Shown here one piece after another: positions 40,001 through 49,290 of a stretch of DNA of 64,000 bases. The notes beneath the pieces are model-generated. The model had not been told where the DNA came from, made no database searches, and saw only the letters and a list, made by a program, of their open reading frames with translations. The number at the start of each line of letters is the position of its first letter. The stretch's first letter is position 1. Made by a program: the position numbers and the translations under genes. Where the stretch lies: positions 1,376,001 to 1,440,000 of the forward strand of contig OZ242358.1 in the NCBI GenBank assembly GCA_965208835.1, read 5' to 3'. Source of the DNA: Candidatus Latescibacterota bacterium. Lineage in GTDB: Bacteria > Latescibacterota > UBA2968 > GCA-2709665.

Positions 40001-40693
40001 GAGGTCGACGGGGCGCCCGTGGTTTTCGACGCGGAGGTGGCGAGGATCAGCGTGTACGTGTCGGGCCGGCGCGACCTGCAGATCGTTCAGGGTACCCGGT
40101 TGCGATCTGGCGAGGAAGTCCTCGAAGGCGCAGACTTGCCGTCCGGCCGGGTGGAAGCCGTCGATCCGGACCGCCGGTCCGTCATTGTGACCCTGGATTC
40201 CGGTAACGGGATTGCGAAGGGGGATGTGATCGTCTTCAGGAATCCGGCCTTCACCTGTAATTCCAGCTACGAAGTCGTCGCCGCTGAAGCGATGGACGGG
40301 AACCGGGCCAGGTTGGGATTGCACATGTCGTTCAATCTTTCGGAGGGCGTGGTGCAATCCATGAACCGGGCGAGAGGCCTGTTTGCGACGGACACGTGTA
40401 TGACTAAGCTTAGAGCATGTCCGGGGCTATTTGACGGAAAGACGGTCCGCTCGGAGGGAAGGGCCGTCGGTGCGATCGAGACGGCGGGTCCCGATATCCT
40501 GAAGGAGGAAGAGCGTTGGTTCGCGACAAGGTTGGCAGACGGAGCGTCGGCGACCGGAACGATGACTTATTTCCGGTTCAACGATCCACGCTCGGTTTCC
40601 GGCCTGAACGTGGGAGACCGGTTTATGGTATGCGATCTGAATGAGGGCGATCGGTTCGAGGTCATGCGATCGGCTTACAGGACCATCACGTAG
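37055..40693 (+). CDS. Heparinase II/III-like protein with N-terminal discoidin-like domain
   Basis: AAGGAG RBS at ATG 37055. INDG..WAS..HWAAVVF discoidin pattern; AFAITGDDRYA, IPTIGD, DSGIAILR, GHGHRDKLSI, DLGYP, TASHATVCIDG. Confidence 0.85.
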   Translation: MVNLALFSNGSRPHVSSIAYNHHASRINDGVRPGNEASTSDTAWASATERLPHWAAVVFPGAARIERVEIYWGRGRMPESSRLVVVQGWAEGAWISIATARIPEPEPKTVLSFDPVQVEAVRIWQNDDGGTESTPGRMHVAQLEAYGGFMAGEPVDYLKIRDALREEWEDNFHEARREITREVLDRIERSPVERPGVGPVGAEEIARARRNRVATAWGRAQAEKILKDASWWLDKDDEFIYRMIPTQNPRAISPSYERGCPIHGGGRKCMRTNTSLEYRWQCVIGGEWWYNGAVVHNPATGEPVEVWDDDDGWIAPEGFANPGTIYHFNSAWRYYVLSKLFFHPYEMTIASQDAYAGGTAVLQLSRAFAITGDDRYAHIAGVMLNRLAEVYRFYNGTVDEQRPLTRGYLVQVSWEEMPIYNCMTAYGLVMDSMLKDDALLEFFKSKGDCDYNRDGCVDFEDIRYNIRHNLFGYMYEWLHRAMAIQTGDYIIREGMVLWALGEVLGNEEMVDEAIESRYGLAVNLTNNTFRDGKWWYDAPGYSVSSITRTILDRLFSMKGTDRLRDSRLRIRESIEFARDIYCDGRIPTIGDTGGGDLRIKVLDPLANCDVEELAYVHTGDDEYRNRLLAMSEGDVDGIRQRYADANLLFHAEPIRGTTGPYVPRTTIFHDSGIAILRTGHDIATRKHLVLNYGKGSSGHGHRDKLSINLITFGYDLACDLGYPTTFTHDKVDGWEKHTASHATVCIDGRAQEIATGSLWFIGRTPGMQAVCATGDRAYPACAEVYERTLVMVDAPGSDAYVVDVFRVGGGSTHDYLFRSLSGDDGENLSLEFPPGTATVRQMRGTAAGEDVAFGSSPGLGYIKDVSRTACDREWSATWRAGDEENTGIRLTMIGQSGSEIVNGKGEGFGFFGQSPWDATVAVRQSGGGESIFMGVLEPFQGDPFVRSVEALDVSGGIGAKIRLDGRVDYVLRRLEKDAVCTAEVDGAPVVFDAEVARISVYVSGRRDLQIVQGTRLRSGEEVLEGADLPSGRVEAVDPDRRSVIVTLDSGNGIAKGDVIVFRNPAFTCNSSYEVVAAEAMDGNRARLGLHMSFNLSEGVVQSMNRARGLFATDTCMTKLRACPGLFDGKTVRSEGRAVGAIETAGPDILKEEERWFATRLADGASATGTMTYFRFNDPRSVSGLNVGDRFMVCDLNEGDRFEVMRSAYRTIT

Positions 40694-40856
40694 ATATCGA
40701 CTCCGACAAAAAAATGGCCATTACCAGAGGCCCCAAGGTAGTGGCATATGCGGGCTGAGGATCGACTGAACGATTTTCAGGTGCCGCTTAAGGTTGGCTA
40801 CCTCTGGTGCCTGGGCAATGGCTTGCTAAAAAAGATAGACCGGCGAGAATGGGATG

Positions 40857-41546
40857 TCAACGAGAATAATTACGCGAGGGGTCGGGTGTTCGTAGATGTT
40901 GGTCGTCATGGTTCCGGATTCCTGAAGCCCTGATGAGACTGCCCAGGTTTCGGGTTGCGGCCTCGGGGTCGGCCTGGCAGCAGACGGCCGATATGACGGC
41001 AATGCCGTGGGCCCCTGACCTCACCACGTCTGCCGCGTTGCCCGCGCCGATGCCGCCGATGGCAATCACGGGCGCCCGGACGGCGCGGGCGAAATCAGCC
41101 AGCACTTCGAGCCCCTGCGCGACGCCCGCGTCGCTCTTGGAGCCGGTTGGAAAGATGGGTCCGAAACCCACGTAATCCGCGCCGTCGCTGATGCCCTGCC
41201 GCGCTTCATCCAGGTTCCCGGCGGATACGCCGATGACCCGCCCCGCGCCAAGGAGATTTCTGGCCAGCGCAACCGGGAAGTCGTCCTGGCCCAGGTGAAC
41301 GCCGTCGGCCTCAGCGGCGAGGGCCACGTCGACTCTGTCGTTGACGATGAGGGGGACACCCGACTCAGCGCAGATGTCGCACATCGCCCGGGCGGTCTCG
41401 ATCATCCCGCGGGTATCTCCGCTTTTCTGGCGGTACTGCACGGCGTCCGCGCCGCCGGCGACGGCCATCCGCGCCAGGTCGGCGTGGGTGTGGCGGGACT
41501 GCAGAACGGTGTCGGTGAGAACGTGGAGGGCGCCGATTTTCTTCAT
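40857..41546 (-). CDS. thiE: Thiamine-phosphate synthase
   Basis: VQYRQK, LIVNDRVDVALA, GVHLGQDD, GPIFPTGSK, AIGGI. Confidence 0.96.
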   Translation of the reverse strand: MKKIGALHVLTDTVLQSRHTHADLARMAVAGGADAVQYRQKSGDTRGMIETARAMCDICAESGVPLIVNDRVDVALAAEADGVHLGQDDFPVALARNLLGAGRVIGVSAGNLDEARQGISDGADYVGFGPIFPTGSKSDAGVAQGLEVLADFARAVRAPVIAIGGIGAGNAADVVRSGAHGIAVISAVCCQADPEAATRNLGSLIRASGIRNHDDQHLRTPDPSRNYSR

Positions 41547-42340
41547 GGTTCGCGGTCGAGGTAGAAGAAGTGATGAGTGGGGCCGGGTCCTCGGCCGATG
41601 GAAAGGCCGTGGCGAATGGCTTCAATGACGTATATCTTCGCGTTTTCGACCGCAGATGCGAGGCGCTGGCCCCTGGCGAGGTTTGCCGTGATCGCTGCAG
41701 ACAGGGTGCAACCCGTGCCGTGCGGACTCGCGCCCGGAAGTCGTGCCCTGGAAAAGACGGTCTCGCCGGATGCGTCGTACAGCACATCTACCGCATCGTC
41801 GGAATCAGAGAGATGACCGCCTTTAACCAGCACGGCCTGGCAGCCTGATTCGAAGATGATGCGTGCCGCCTTCTTCGCGCTGTCCACAGTCTCGACGGGA
41901 ATACCTGCCAGCGATTGAGCCTCGCGCAGGTTGGGGGTAACGAGCGCGGCCAGGGGCAGCAGGCGCTCTTTGACGCTCACAACCGCTTCAGGTTCAAGCA
42001 GTTCGACGCCGCTGGAGGAGATCATCACGGGGTCGACGACGAGGTTCGGCGCGCCGTGTTCGGCGAGTTTCTCGGCGACGGCGTTGACTACCGGCTTGGA
42101 AGACAGCATCCCGGTTTTTACCGCGGAGACGTCGAAGTCATCGAAAATCACGTCGATCTGCGATCCGATGAAATCCACCGGCAGCTCGAAGGATTCCCTG
42201 ACCTCCGTCGTGTTCTGCGCGGTCACAGCCGTGATTACCGTGAGGCCGTAGGCGCCGTTGGCGTGAAAGGACTTGAGGTCAGCCTGGATGCCGGCGCCGC
42301 CGCCGGAGTCGGATCCGGCAATGGTGAGAACCTGTTTCAT
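41543..42340 (-). CDS. thiD: Hydroxymethylpyrimidine/phosphomethylpyrimidine kinase
   Basis: [50 protein letters not shown]. Confidence 0.97.
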   Translation of the reverse strand: MKQVLTIAGSDSGGGAGIQADLKSFHANGAYGLTVITAVTAQNTTEVRESFELPVDFIGSQIDVIFDDFDVSAVKTGMLSSKPVVNAVAEKLAEHGAPNLVVDPVMISSSGVELLEPEAVVSVKERLLPLAALVTPNLREAQSLAGIPVETVDSAKKAARIIFESGCQAVLVKGGHLSDSDDAVDVLYDASGETVFSRARLPGASPHGTGCTLSAAITANLARGQRLASAVENAKIYVIEAIRHGLSIGRGPGPTHHFFYLDREP

Positions 42341-43002
42341 GAGAGTTGCGGATGACGCGGGCCGGACGTGGACGCCCACGCCTCGAGATAGTCCCTCACG
42401 GCGGAACTGACGTGCCTTTCGGCGAGAATCCCCGACATGACGGCAATGCCCGCGGCGCCGTTCATTTTGCAGGCGGAAACCCGCCCGGGTATGATGCCGC
42501 CCAGCGCGTAGACGGGAAGGGAAGAGCAATCTGTGACGCGGCGAAGGGCCCGGGGTCCCACGCCCGGACCGTATCCGGGTTTGGAACCCGGGCTGTATAT
42601 GGGGCTGAACGTAACGAAATCCGCGCCTTCGGCCTTCCCGCATTCCGTTCTGTTGTGGGTTGAACGGCCAATGAGCAGGTGGCATCCGTATTGTCGCCGA
42701 ACGCTCCATGCATCCGGCCCTGATGACGGGAGGTGGACGCCGGCGGCGCCGACATCCCGCGCGAGCCCGGCATGGGTGTTTACGAGCAAACGCGCTTCGT
42801 AGTTCGAGGTTCGCCTCTGGAGACGCGCCGCGAGACGACGCAGCTCTCGCATTTCGAGATGTTTTTCACGCAACTGAACGAGGCGGACACCGGCGTCCAG
42901 CGCCTCCGCGAGGACGTCTTCCAGTTTACGGGGCGCACACGTCGCGCGGTCCGCGATCAGATAAAGGGGCGGCAGGTCCGGTACATCCCGAGGCTCACTC
43001 AT
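42337..43002 (-). CDS. Second ThiE-fold protein (TenI-like thiazole tautomerase or thiamine-phosphate synthase)
   Basis: VQLREK, LLVNT (lacks ND), GVHLP, STH, SPIY..SKPG, YALGGI. Confidence 0.85.
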   Translation of the reverse strand: MSEPRDVPDLPPLYLIADRATCAPRKLEDVLAEALDAGVRLVQLREKHLEMRELRRLAARLQRRTSNYEARLLVNTHAGLARDVGAAGVHLPSSGPDAWSVRRQYGCHLLIGRSTHNRTECGKAEGADFVTFSPIYSPGSKPGYGPGVGPRALRRVTDCSSLPVYALGGIIPGRVSACKMNGAAGIAVMSGILAERHVSSAVRDYLEAWASTSGPRHPQLS

Positions 43003-43774
43003 GGGTGACCGCGCCCTCCGTGGGCGTGGAAGCCGTGGCATACAGCTTCTTCGGGATGCGTCCGGCCTCGTACGCCAGCCGGCCCGCGCGAACGGCCTGA
43101 CCCATGGCTTCGGCCATGAGTACGGGACGGCGGGCGCCTGACACGGCTGTATTCAGCATCACGCCGTGGCATCCGAGCTCCATCGCCACCGCGGCGTCGG
43201 AAGCGGTTCCCACCCCCGCGTCGACGATCACGGGGACGTCGACAGTGTCGAGGATGATGCGTAGATTGTAGGGGTTGCGAATGCCCATCCCCGAGCCGAT
43301 GGGCGCACCGAGCGGCATCACCGCGGCGCAACCCGCGTCTTCCAGCTTCCTGCAGGTAACGGGGTCGTCGTTGCAGTAAGGCAACACCGTAAATCCGTCC
43401 CGAATCAGTTCGTCGGTCGCCTCCAGCAGCCCCGCGACGTCGGGGAAGAGGGTGTCCTCGTCTCCGATCACCTCCAGTTTGATCAGGTCGGTTTCCAGGG
43501 CTTCGCGCGCGAGCCTGGCCGTAAGCACGGCGTCCCGTGCGGTAAAACATCCGGCGGTGTTCGGCAACAGTGCATATTTCTCCCGGTCGATCAGATCGAT
43601 CAGGCTTTCGCCGGAAGGGTCCTCCAGATTGATTCGCCGGATACCGACGGTAACGATTTCCGCGCCGCTCGCACGGATCGCGTCCAGCATGACCTGCAGG
43701 TTGGGATACCGCGCGGTCCCGATAATGAGCCGGGAACCGTAGGTCGTGCCGGCAATGGTCAGGCCATCAGACAT
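42995..43774 (-). CDS. thiG: Thiazole synthase
   Basis: [36 protein letters not shown]. Confidence 0.98.
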   Translation of the reverse strand: MSDGLTIAGTTYGSRLIIGTARYPNLQVMLDAIRASGAEIVTVGIRRINLEDPSGESLIDLIDREKYALLPNTAGCFTARDAVLTARLAREALETDLIKLEVIGDEDTLFPDVAGLLEATDELIRDGFTVLPYCNDDPVTCRKLEDAGCAAVMPLGAPIGSGMGIRNPYNLRIILDTVDVPVIVDAGVGTASDAAVAMELGCHGVMLNTAVSGARRPVLMAEAMGQAVRAGRLAYEAGRIPKKLYATASTPTEGAVTHE

Positions 43775-43848
43775 TTTGTCCCTCTTGCGACAACAGTTCG
43801 CTATCACGGTCCGCCGGAGTCAGGCGGACGCCCGCCGTGAGCAGGACA

Positions 43849-44055
43849 CTATCCGCCCTGGACCGCGGCGATGATGTCCACCCTGTCTCCGCTGCCGAGT
43901 CGCGTTGAACACCACTTCGCTCTGACGACGATTTCGGCATTGACCGCAACCGCGATGCCCTTTCGGTCAGGGTCGTGGGCAAGATCGATCAGCAGGTCCC
44001 GGATGGAGATGCCGCTCTCGACGTTTTTGTTTTCTCCGTTCAAAGTGATCTGCAT
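43849..44055 (-). CDS. thiS: Sulfur carrier protein
   Basis: 68 aa, AVAVNAEIV, C-terminal GG. Confidence 0.97.
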   Translation of the reverse strand: MQITLNGENKNVESGISIRDLLIDLAHDPDRKGIAVAVNAEIVVRAKWCSTRLGSGDRVDIIAAVQGG

Positions 44056-44066
44056 CGCGTCAGGAC

Positions 44067-45203
44067 TCAGGCGGCGAAGCGGTCGATGCCGAAAGGCCGG
44101 ATATCTTCGGGCGTGTTGCCGGTCAGCACCAGTTCCGCGATGGCGTCCGCGGTGACGGGCGCCAGCAGGATCCCCTTGCGGTAATGTCCCGTGGCCATAA
44201 TGAGGCCGTGAATGGGAGTCTTGCCCAGGATGGGCGCATCGTCCCTGCTGCCCGGGCGAAGACCTGCGGCGGTTTCGATGATCGGCAGGTCGTAGATTCC
44301 CGGTACCACCTCCCAGGCGGCGCGCAGGAGTTCGAAGATACCGCCCGCCGTCAGGCTGTCGTCGAAACCCATTTCTTCAGAAGTCGCTCCCAGCACCAGA
44401 TGTCCGCCGTACTTCGGACACAGGTAGGCAACCGCCGATGACGCGGCCCGGTTGTACCATACGATGGTTTTCAGCGTGCAGTCCTGAGTCATCTGCAGGC
44501 GAAGGATCTGGCCGCGGACGGGGCGGACCGGTGGCATGGCGGGACCGGGCAGACCCGGAATGAGACGCGACCAGCATCCCGCGGCGAGTATGATTGTGGC
44601 CGCACGGTACGATTTGTCTCCGGCTGCAATGCCGCGGACCCGTTCATGTGCGACGTCGATGCCTTCGACCGGTGTGGATTCCACAAGGGATCCGCCGGCC
44701 TTGACAAAGGCTCCCCGCAGGGCTCTGACCATCAGGCGATTGTCCACCTGGTGGTCTCCCGGGCACCAGACCGCCGCGCCGACCTGGGGCGAGAGCTGAG
44801 GCTCCCGCTCCCGCGCCCGTGCGCCGCTCATCCATTCCACGGGCAGGCCGAGGTCCCTCTGGTAGTCATAGCGGAAACGTAGATATTCGATATCGTCGCG
44901 GGTGACACCCACCAGAAGGACGCCGTCGGGGCGATAACCCACGGACAGGCCGCTTTCGGATTCGAGTTCCCCGACGAACTCCGGGAACCTCTCCAGACTC
45001 TTGAGGCCAAGCTTCAGCAGTGCTTCCTCTTCGTGGCGCACCTCCGCTAGCGGCGTGAGCATCCCGGCGGAAGCGTGGCTGGCAGCCTGGCCCGCACGAT
45101 CCCGATCGAAGATCAGGACGTCCCGCCCAGCCCTGGCAAGTCGCCAGCCGATGCCGAGTCCGATAATGCCGGCGCCGACGATAATGATCCGGTCCGATGG
45201 CAA
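44067..45203 (-). CDS. thiO: Glycine oxidase
   Basis: GAGIIG, ASHASAGML, PVRGQ, GLRP, GHYRKGILLAP; TTG start. Confidence 0.95.
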   Translation of the reverse strand: MPSDRIIIVGAGIIGLGIGWRLARAGRDVLIFDRDRAGQAASHASAGMLTPLAEVRHEEEALLKLGLKSLERFPEFVGELESESGLSVGYRPDGVLLVGVTRDDIEYLRFRYDYQRDLGLPVEWMSGARAREREPQLSPQVGAAVWCPGDHQVDNRLMVRALRGAFVKAGGSLVESTPVEGIDVAHERVRGIAAGDKSYRAATIILAAGCWSRLIPGLPGPAMPPVRPVRGQILRLQMTQDCTLKTIVWYNRAASSAVAYLCPKYGGHLVLGATSEEMGFDDSLTAGGIFELLRAAWEVVPGIYDLPIIETAAGLRPGSRDDAPILGKTPIHGLIMATGHYRKGILLAPVTADAIAELVLTGNTPEDIRPFGIDRFAA

Positions 45204-45214
45204 CTGAAACGGTC

Positions 45215-45404
45215 CTAAGAAGCTGTCTTAAAACTCCCGGCGGTCTTCGCACGGCTGCAAAAGCGCCGGTCGGCGTTGGTCAAACCCGCCCGTCTTACGA
45301 GATCGAGGCTGCGCTTGCTCGCCTCTCATAGGCCGGTTTTCCGCCTTGACCGCCACTTTTTCGCTCGCGCTCGGGAACTCACCGGTAATTTTAAAACAGC
45401 TTCC
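45215..45404 (-). mobile_element. MITE-like element, family B copy 2
   Basis: Reverse complement of 18696-18886 with scattered substitutions and the same TIRs. Confidence 0.85.
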
Positions 45405-45454
45405 AAAAAAGCCGCCGCCTTCGATCAGGTCGAAAAGCGGCCGGGGTGCGGTTC

Positions 45455-45537
45455 CTGGACTCCCTGCGCCGGCATAATCCGGATCAGGTTCAAAGGGTAT
45501 GTTCTCAGCTCGGCAGGCGAGCACCCCTGCGTTGTAA
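45455..45537 (-). promoter_or_regulatory. TPP riboswitch aptamer
   Basis: Minus strand reads CAGGGGTGCTCG..CGAGCTGAGAACATACCCTTTGAACCTGATCCGGATTATGCCGGCGCAGGGAG, upstream of the thi operon. Confidence 0.95.
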
Positions 45538-45544
45538 TGGAAAC

Positions 45545-45573
45545 AAGATAGTCGTACTGCCGGCCTCCGTCAA
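45545..45573 (-). promoter_or_regulatory. Sigma70-type promoter of the thi operon
   Basis: TTGACG-17 nt-TATCTT, placing the start site at the 5' edge of the aptamer. Confidence 0.7.
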
Positions 45574-45583
45574 GCGAATCCGC

Positions 45584-45611
45584 TTGACATCGATGGGCGA
45601 TTGATTATTAA
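45584..45611 (+). promoter_or_regulatory. Possible divergent sigma70 promoter
   Basis: TTGACA at 45584 followed by AT-rich TGATTATTAA at -10 distance; the -10 match is imperfect. Confidence 0.45.
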
Positions 45612-45629
45612 AGGCGGTGAAAAGGCAGA

Positions 45630-45960
45630 AGAGAGGAGTGAGGAGTGAGGAGTGAGAAGACTGAGTCCTCTGAATCTGAAAATCGCCGAATTGTGACTTC
45701 AGATCGCTGCTGTCCAAAAACGGAAAAAGATCAACTGCGAAAAACGCGAAATGGCGAAAAAATAGTATTAAAGCAACAACAAAATTACGAAAGTCGCGGA
45801 ATTACGCGAAATATACGTATCAAAAAAACGTCCACGGCCGATGGCAAAACGAGTCGGTCCTACCTTCGCGAAGACTCTCCTGCAGCATCGGATCATCGCC
45901 GTGCGATTTGCGCCTTGTCGTATTTTCGTATTCTCGCGCCTTTCTTCCTTCTTCCTTCTT
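45630..45960. repeat. Nested heptamer/octamer short-repeat structure
   Basis: (GAGGAGT)3, then CGAAA-type ~8-mers, a centre, TTCGTAT-type ~8-mers and TTCTTCC heptamers. Confidence 0.6.
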
Positions 45961-45972
45961 TAAGGGGGTAAT

Positions 45973-47160
45973 GTGACGGATCTAAAGTTCAAGGTTCAGG
46001 CCGGGCCTCACCGGCGAGTCAACTGTCCGGTCTCCGTATTCGTGAAGAGGCCGGGCACGATGCAACACGTCGTCGACCTTCTTGATCGACCGGGGACGAA
46101 TGTCAGACTTCTGGGTCCGGGCGGCGCCATCCCATGTCAGGTGCATCGTGAGGAGGACGGCGTTCGGGTAAGCTGGATTGTAGACGATCTGGAGGCGGGT
46201 GAGACGGCGGACTACGGTTTGGAGGATGGAGAGCACGCGGCGTCCGGCGGCGGGGTTGAACTGTCGGAAGCCGACAGCAGGATTCAGGTGCGGATCGACG
46301 GCAACTGCTTTACGAACTATTGCTACGGGAAAGACCTCGTGCGCCCACACCTGTACCCGGTAATCGGTCCGTACGGCGATGGAATCACGCGACCGCTGAT
46401 CGATGAGGGAGAGGGAGACCATCACCATCACCGGTCCATCTGGATTTCGCATGGCCACGTAAACGGATGGAACAACTGGGGCGAAGGCGAGGGCCACGCG
46501 TGGACCCGGCATCAGCGTTTCGACGACCTCGAAAGCGGACCGGTCTACGGCCGGGTCGTATCCATCAGCAACTGGGAGGGCGCGGACGACTGGCGGGGAG
46601 AGCACGGATCGAACGTGATCTGCGAGGAACGGGCTGCGTGGACGTTCTACCGTACGGGGTCGGACGTGCGGATCTTCGAGCTGCACGTCACGCTGACAGC
46701 ACCGAAGATCGACGTGCTCTTCGGCGACACGAAGGAAGGCGGCCTGGCATCGATTCGTGTTGCCGAATCCATGGAAGTCAGGTCCGGCCAGGGCGGTAAA
46801 ATCGAAAACGCAATCGGGGGCGTCAACGAGGACGAAACGTGGGGCAAACGGGCGGCCTGGTGCCACTATACCGGGCCGGTGAACGGCAACCGCGTGGGCG
46901 TGGCCATCATGGACCATCCCGACAGCTTCAGGCATCCCACGTACTGGCACGTGCGCAACTACGGCCTGATGACGGCCAATCCCTTCGGACATTCGCATTT
47001 TTACGCCGACCCGCAACGGCGCGGGAACCACGTACTGCCGCCAGGCGAGTCCCTGACCGGCCGCTACAGGTTCTACGTACACAAGGGAGACGCGTCAGAG
47101 GGTGAGATCGCGGAGCGCTATCATGACTTCGCGCATCCGCCGATCGTGGAGGTCGGTTAG
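45973..47160 (+). CDS. PmoA-like/DUF6807 family protein
   Basis: RPHLYPVIGP, DHHHHRSIW, FGDTKEGG, WHVRNYGLMTANPFG. Confidence 0.85.
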   Translation: MTDLKFKVQAGPHRRVNCPVSVFVKRPGTMQHVVDLLDRPGTNVRLLGPGGAIPCQVHREEDGVRVSWIVDDLEAGETADYGLEDGEHAASGGGVELSEADSRIQVRIDGNCFTNYCYGKDLVRPHLYPVIGPYGDGITRPLIDEGEGDHHHHRSIWISHGHVNGWNNWGEGEGHAWTRHQRFDDLESGPVYGRVVSISNWEGADDWRGEHGSNVICEERAAWTFYRTGSDVRIFELHVTLTAPKIDVLFGDTKEGGLASIRVAESMEVRSGQGGKIENAIGGVNEDETWGKRAAWCHYTGPVNGNRVGVAIMDHPDSFRHPTYWHVRNYGLMTANPFGHSHFYADPQRRGNHVLPPGESLTGRYRFYVHKGDASEGEIAERYHDFAHPPIVEVG

Positions 47161-47206
47161 TCAGTATGCGAACGGCGCCAACGCGTCGAAGGAAGTGTGT
47201 TCTCAG

Positions 47207-48646
47207 ATGGTCGATTCGGTCGAGCGACCCCATATCGTCTTCATCACCACGGACCAGCAGCGGGGCGACTGCACCGGAATCGACGGTCACCCGACTCTCG
47301 AAACGCCCCATCTGGACCAGCTCGCCAACGAGGGCGTGTATTTTCCCAGGGCGTATTCGCCATGTCCGGTATGTGTGCCCGCGCGCATGGTGATGATGAC
47401 GGGGCAGTCTCCCTTCTATTCAGGGTATTTCACCAATTCGAGCAGGGCGCTCGGAACCACCGACACCCTGCCCCGGATTCTGGGCCGACTCGGGTATCAG
47501 ACACAGCTGATCGGCAAGGCGCATTTCAGTCCCCAGCGGGCGAGGCTGGGGTTCGACAATACGATCATCAACGAGTCGGGCCGGTACCGCGAGGGCGACG
47601 ATTATCACCGGTGGTTAAAAAAAACGCCTTACGCGGGTCTCGAGAGGGCAACGAGTATCGGGAATAACGACGTGTTCTCGCGGAGATCGGTGGTTCCCGA
47701 GACCCATCACGTGAACACCTGGACGGCGAACGAATGTGTTGAATTCCTGGACAGGCGGGATCCCACCTGTCCGTTTTTTCTGTGGATGTCATTCAGCCGG
47801 CCGCATTCGCAGTACGATCCCCCGGCGCCGTACGACACGTGGTACGATCCGGATGACGTGCCGCCGCCCATCGCCGCGCCCGGCGACGATTTCCTGCCGC
47901 CTGAACTGCAGGAAGCGCCGCTGCGTTACGATTGGGACCGCATGTCCCCCGCGAGGATCGCCCGTGCACGAGGGCATTACCTCGGACAGATTACCCATAT
48001 CGACCATCAGATCGGACGGTTTTTCGCCGCGCTTCGCTGGAAGGGATTGTGGGACAATACGCTGGTGATTTTTACATCGGACCATGGGGATATGATGGGG
48101 GACTTCGGACTCTTCTTCAAGTCCCACTTTTTCGAAGGTTCAGGTCGGGTTCCGCTGATTTTGCGGCCGCCGAGAAGCTGGGAGGGGACGGTTCCCGCAT
48201 TGAGATACGAGAAGCCGGTGTCGCTTATCGACATATTGCCCACACTCGTCTCGGCGGCTGGCGGCCGCGTCCCCGAGCAGGCGGACGGGTTGTCGCTACT
48301 GCCGGCGCTGGATGGAGACGATCCGGTCGGCGGCCGGATTTTCCACGGTGAAATCGGTGCGGAAGCGCGCCGCCACCATTGCATGACAGACGGGCGGTAC
48401 AAGTATATGTGGTTCCGTCTCGGCGGCCGGGAGTACTTGTTCGATCTTGAGGTCGATCCGAACGAAGTGAACAACCTTGCAGGGGATGAGGCCGTGATTG
48501 CCGTCTGGAGAAACCGGTTGATCGAACTTCTCGATTCGCGCGGCGATTCCGCGGTGAAAGACGGCGCGCTGGTCGATACGCCATTTAAATCCACTGGTGA
48601 AGCGGAGTTGCGGGCGGCGGACCCGTTCGGGCGAAGGCCGCATTAG
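47207..48646 (+). CDS. Formylglycine-dependent sulfatase
   Basis: ITTDQQR, CVPAR (CxPxR), GKAH, RPHSQY, FTSDHGDM. Confidence 0.94.
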   Translation: MVDSVERPHIVFITTDQQRGDCTGIDGHPTLETPHLDQLANEGVYFPRAYSPCPVCVPARMVMMTGQSPFYSGYFTNSSRALGTTDTLPRILGRLGYQTQLIGKAHFSPQRARLGFDNTIINESGRYREGDDYHRWLKKTPYAGLERATSIGNNDVFSRRSVVPETHHVNTWTANECVEFLDRRDPTCPFFLWMSFSRPHSQYDPPAPYDTWYDPDDVPPPIAAPGDDFLPPELQEAPLRYDWDRMSPARIARARGHYLGQITHIDHQIGRFFAALRWKGLWDNTLVIFTSDHGDMMGDFGLFFKSHFFEGSGRVPLILRPPRSWEGTVPALRYEKPVSLIDILPTLVSAAGGRVPEQADGLSLLPALDGDDPVGGRIFHGEIGAEARRHHCMTDGRYKYMWFRLGGREYLFDLEVDPNEVNNLAGDEAVIAVWRNRLIELLDSRGDSAVKDGALVDTPFKSTGEAELRAADPFGRRPH

Positions 48647-48735
48647 CGTGCAATGGCGTGAAAACGAGCGTTTCCGGTCGCTGCATGCATCCGCGCCGGG
48701 GTTTGATTGAGACGTGAAACGGGGGTCTGGTCTCT

Positions 48736-49218
48736 TTGGCTGAATCTCTCGAAGTGCGGCTGTGCGAATTGATGATCGAGCGGGGATGGACCCTTTCGGT
48801 CGCAGAGACCACGACGGGCGGGTTGATCAGTTCCCGCATTGTGAGCGTGCCGGGCAGTTCTGCTTTTTTCGATCGCGGACTGGTGCCTTACAGTGCCGGA
48901 GCCAAGATCCAGGCGCTTGGGTTAACGGAGTCTCTGCTGAAGCGCTGTGGCGCCGTGAGTGTGGAAGTGGCCTCAGCCATGGCTGAAGCCGTGGGCAGGA
49001 CAAGCCATTCTACGCTGGGTCTGGCGGAAACGGGCATCGCGGGGCCGATTCGCGGAAGGTCGCCAAAGCCGTTGGGGACGGCGTATATCGCGCTTTGGAC
49101 GCCGGAGGGTGTCCGATGTGAACGCTTTGTGTTCGGAGGCGACCGAAATGCGATTCGCGAACGGATTGCGGAGCAGGCCCTGGCAACGGTGGTTGCGTAT
49201 TTGGAAGATGCCGCTTGA
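48736..49218 (+). CDS. CinA C-terminal/PncC family protein
   Basis: SVAETTTGGLI, GAVSVEVASAMA, TGIAGP. The usual ES(C)T Ser appears as Thr. Confidence 0.88.
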   Translation: MAESLEVRLCELMIERGWTLSVAETTTGGLISSRIVSVPGSSAFFDRGLVPYSAGAKIQALGLTESLLKRCGAVSVEVASAMAEAVGRTSHSTLGLAETGIAGPIRGRSPKPLGTAYIALWTPEGVRCERFVFGGDRNAIRERIAEQALATVVAYLEDAA

Positions 49219-49243
49219 CACCGGCTGTTCATTGACATACATT
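49215..49243 (+). promoter_or_regulatory. Sigma70-type promoter of infA
   Basis: TTGACA-17 nt-TACATT. Confidence 0.7.
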
Positions 49244-49290
49244 GAAACCTCGACCTGAAGAAGGTCTACTAAACTCAAGCTGGAGGTCGC

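Noticed and set aside
45973-47160. Particulate methane monooxygenase subunit
   Set aside because: Soluble protein of the misleadingly named PmoA-like family; no TM helices and no pmoB or pmoC.
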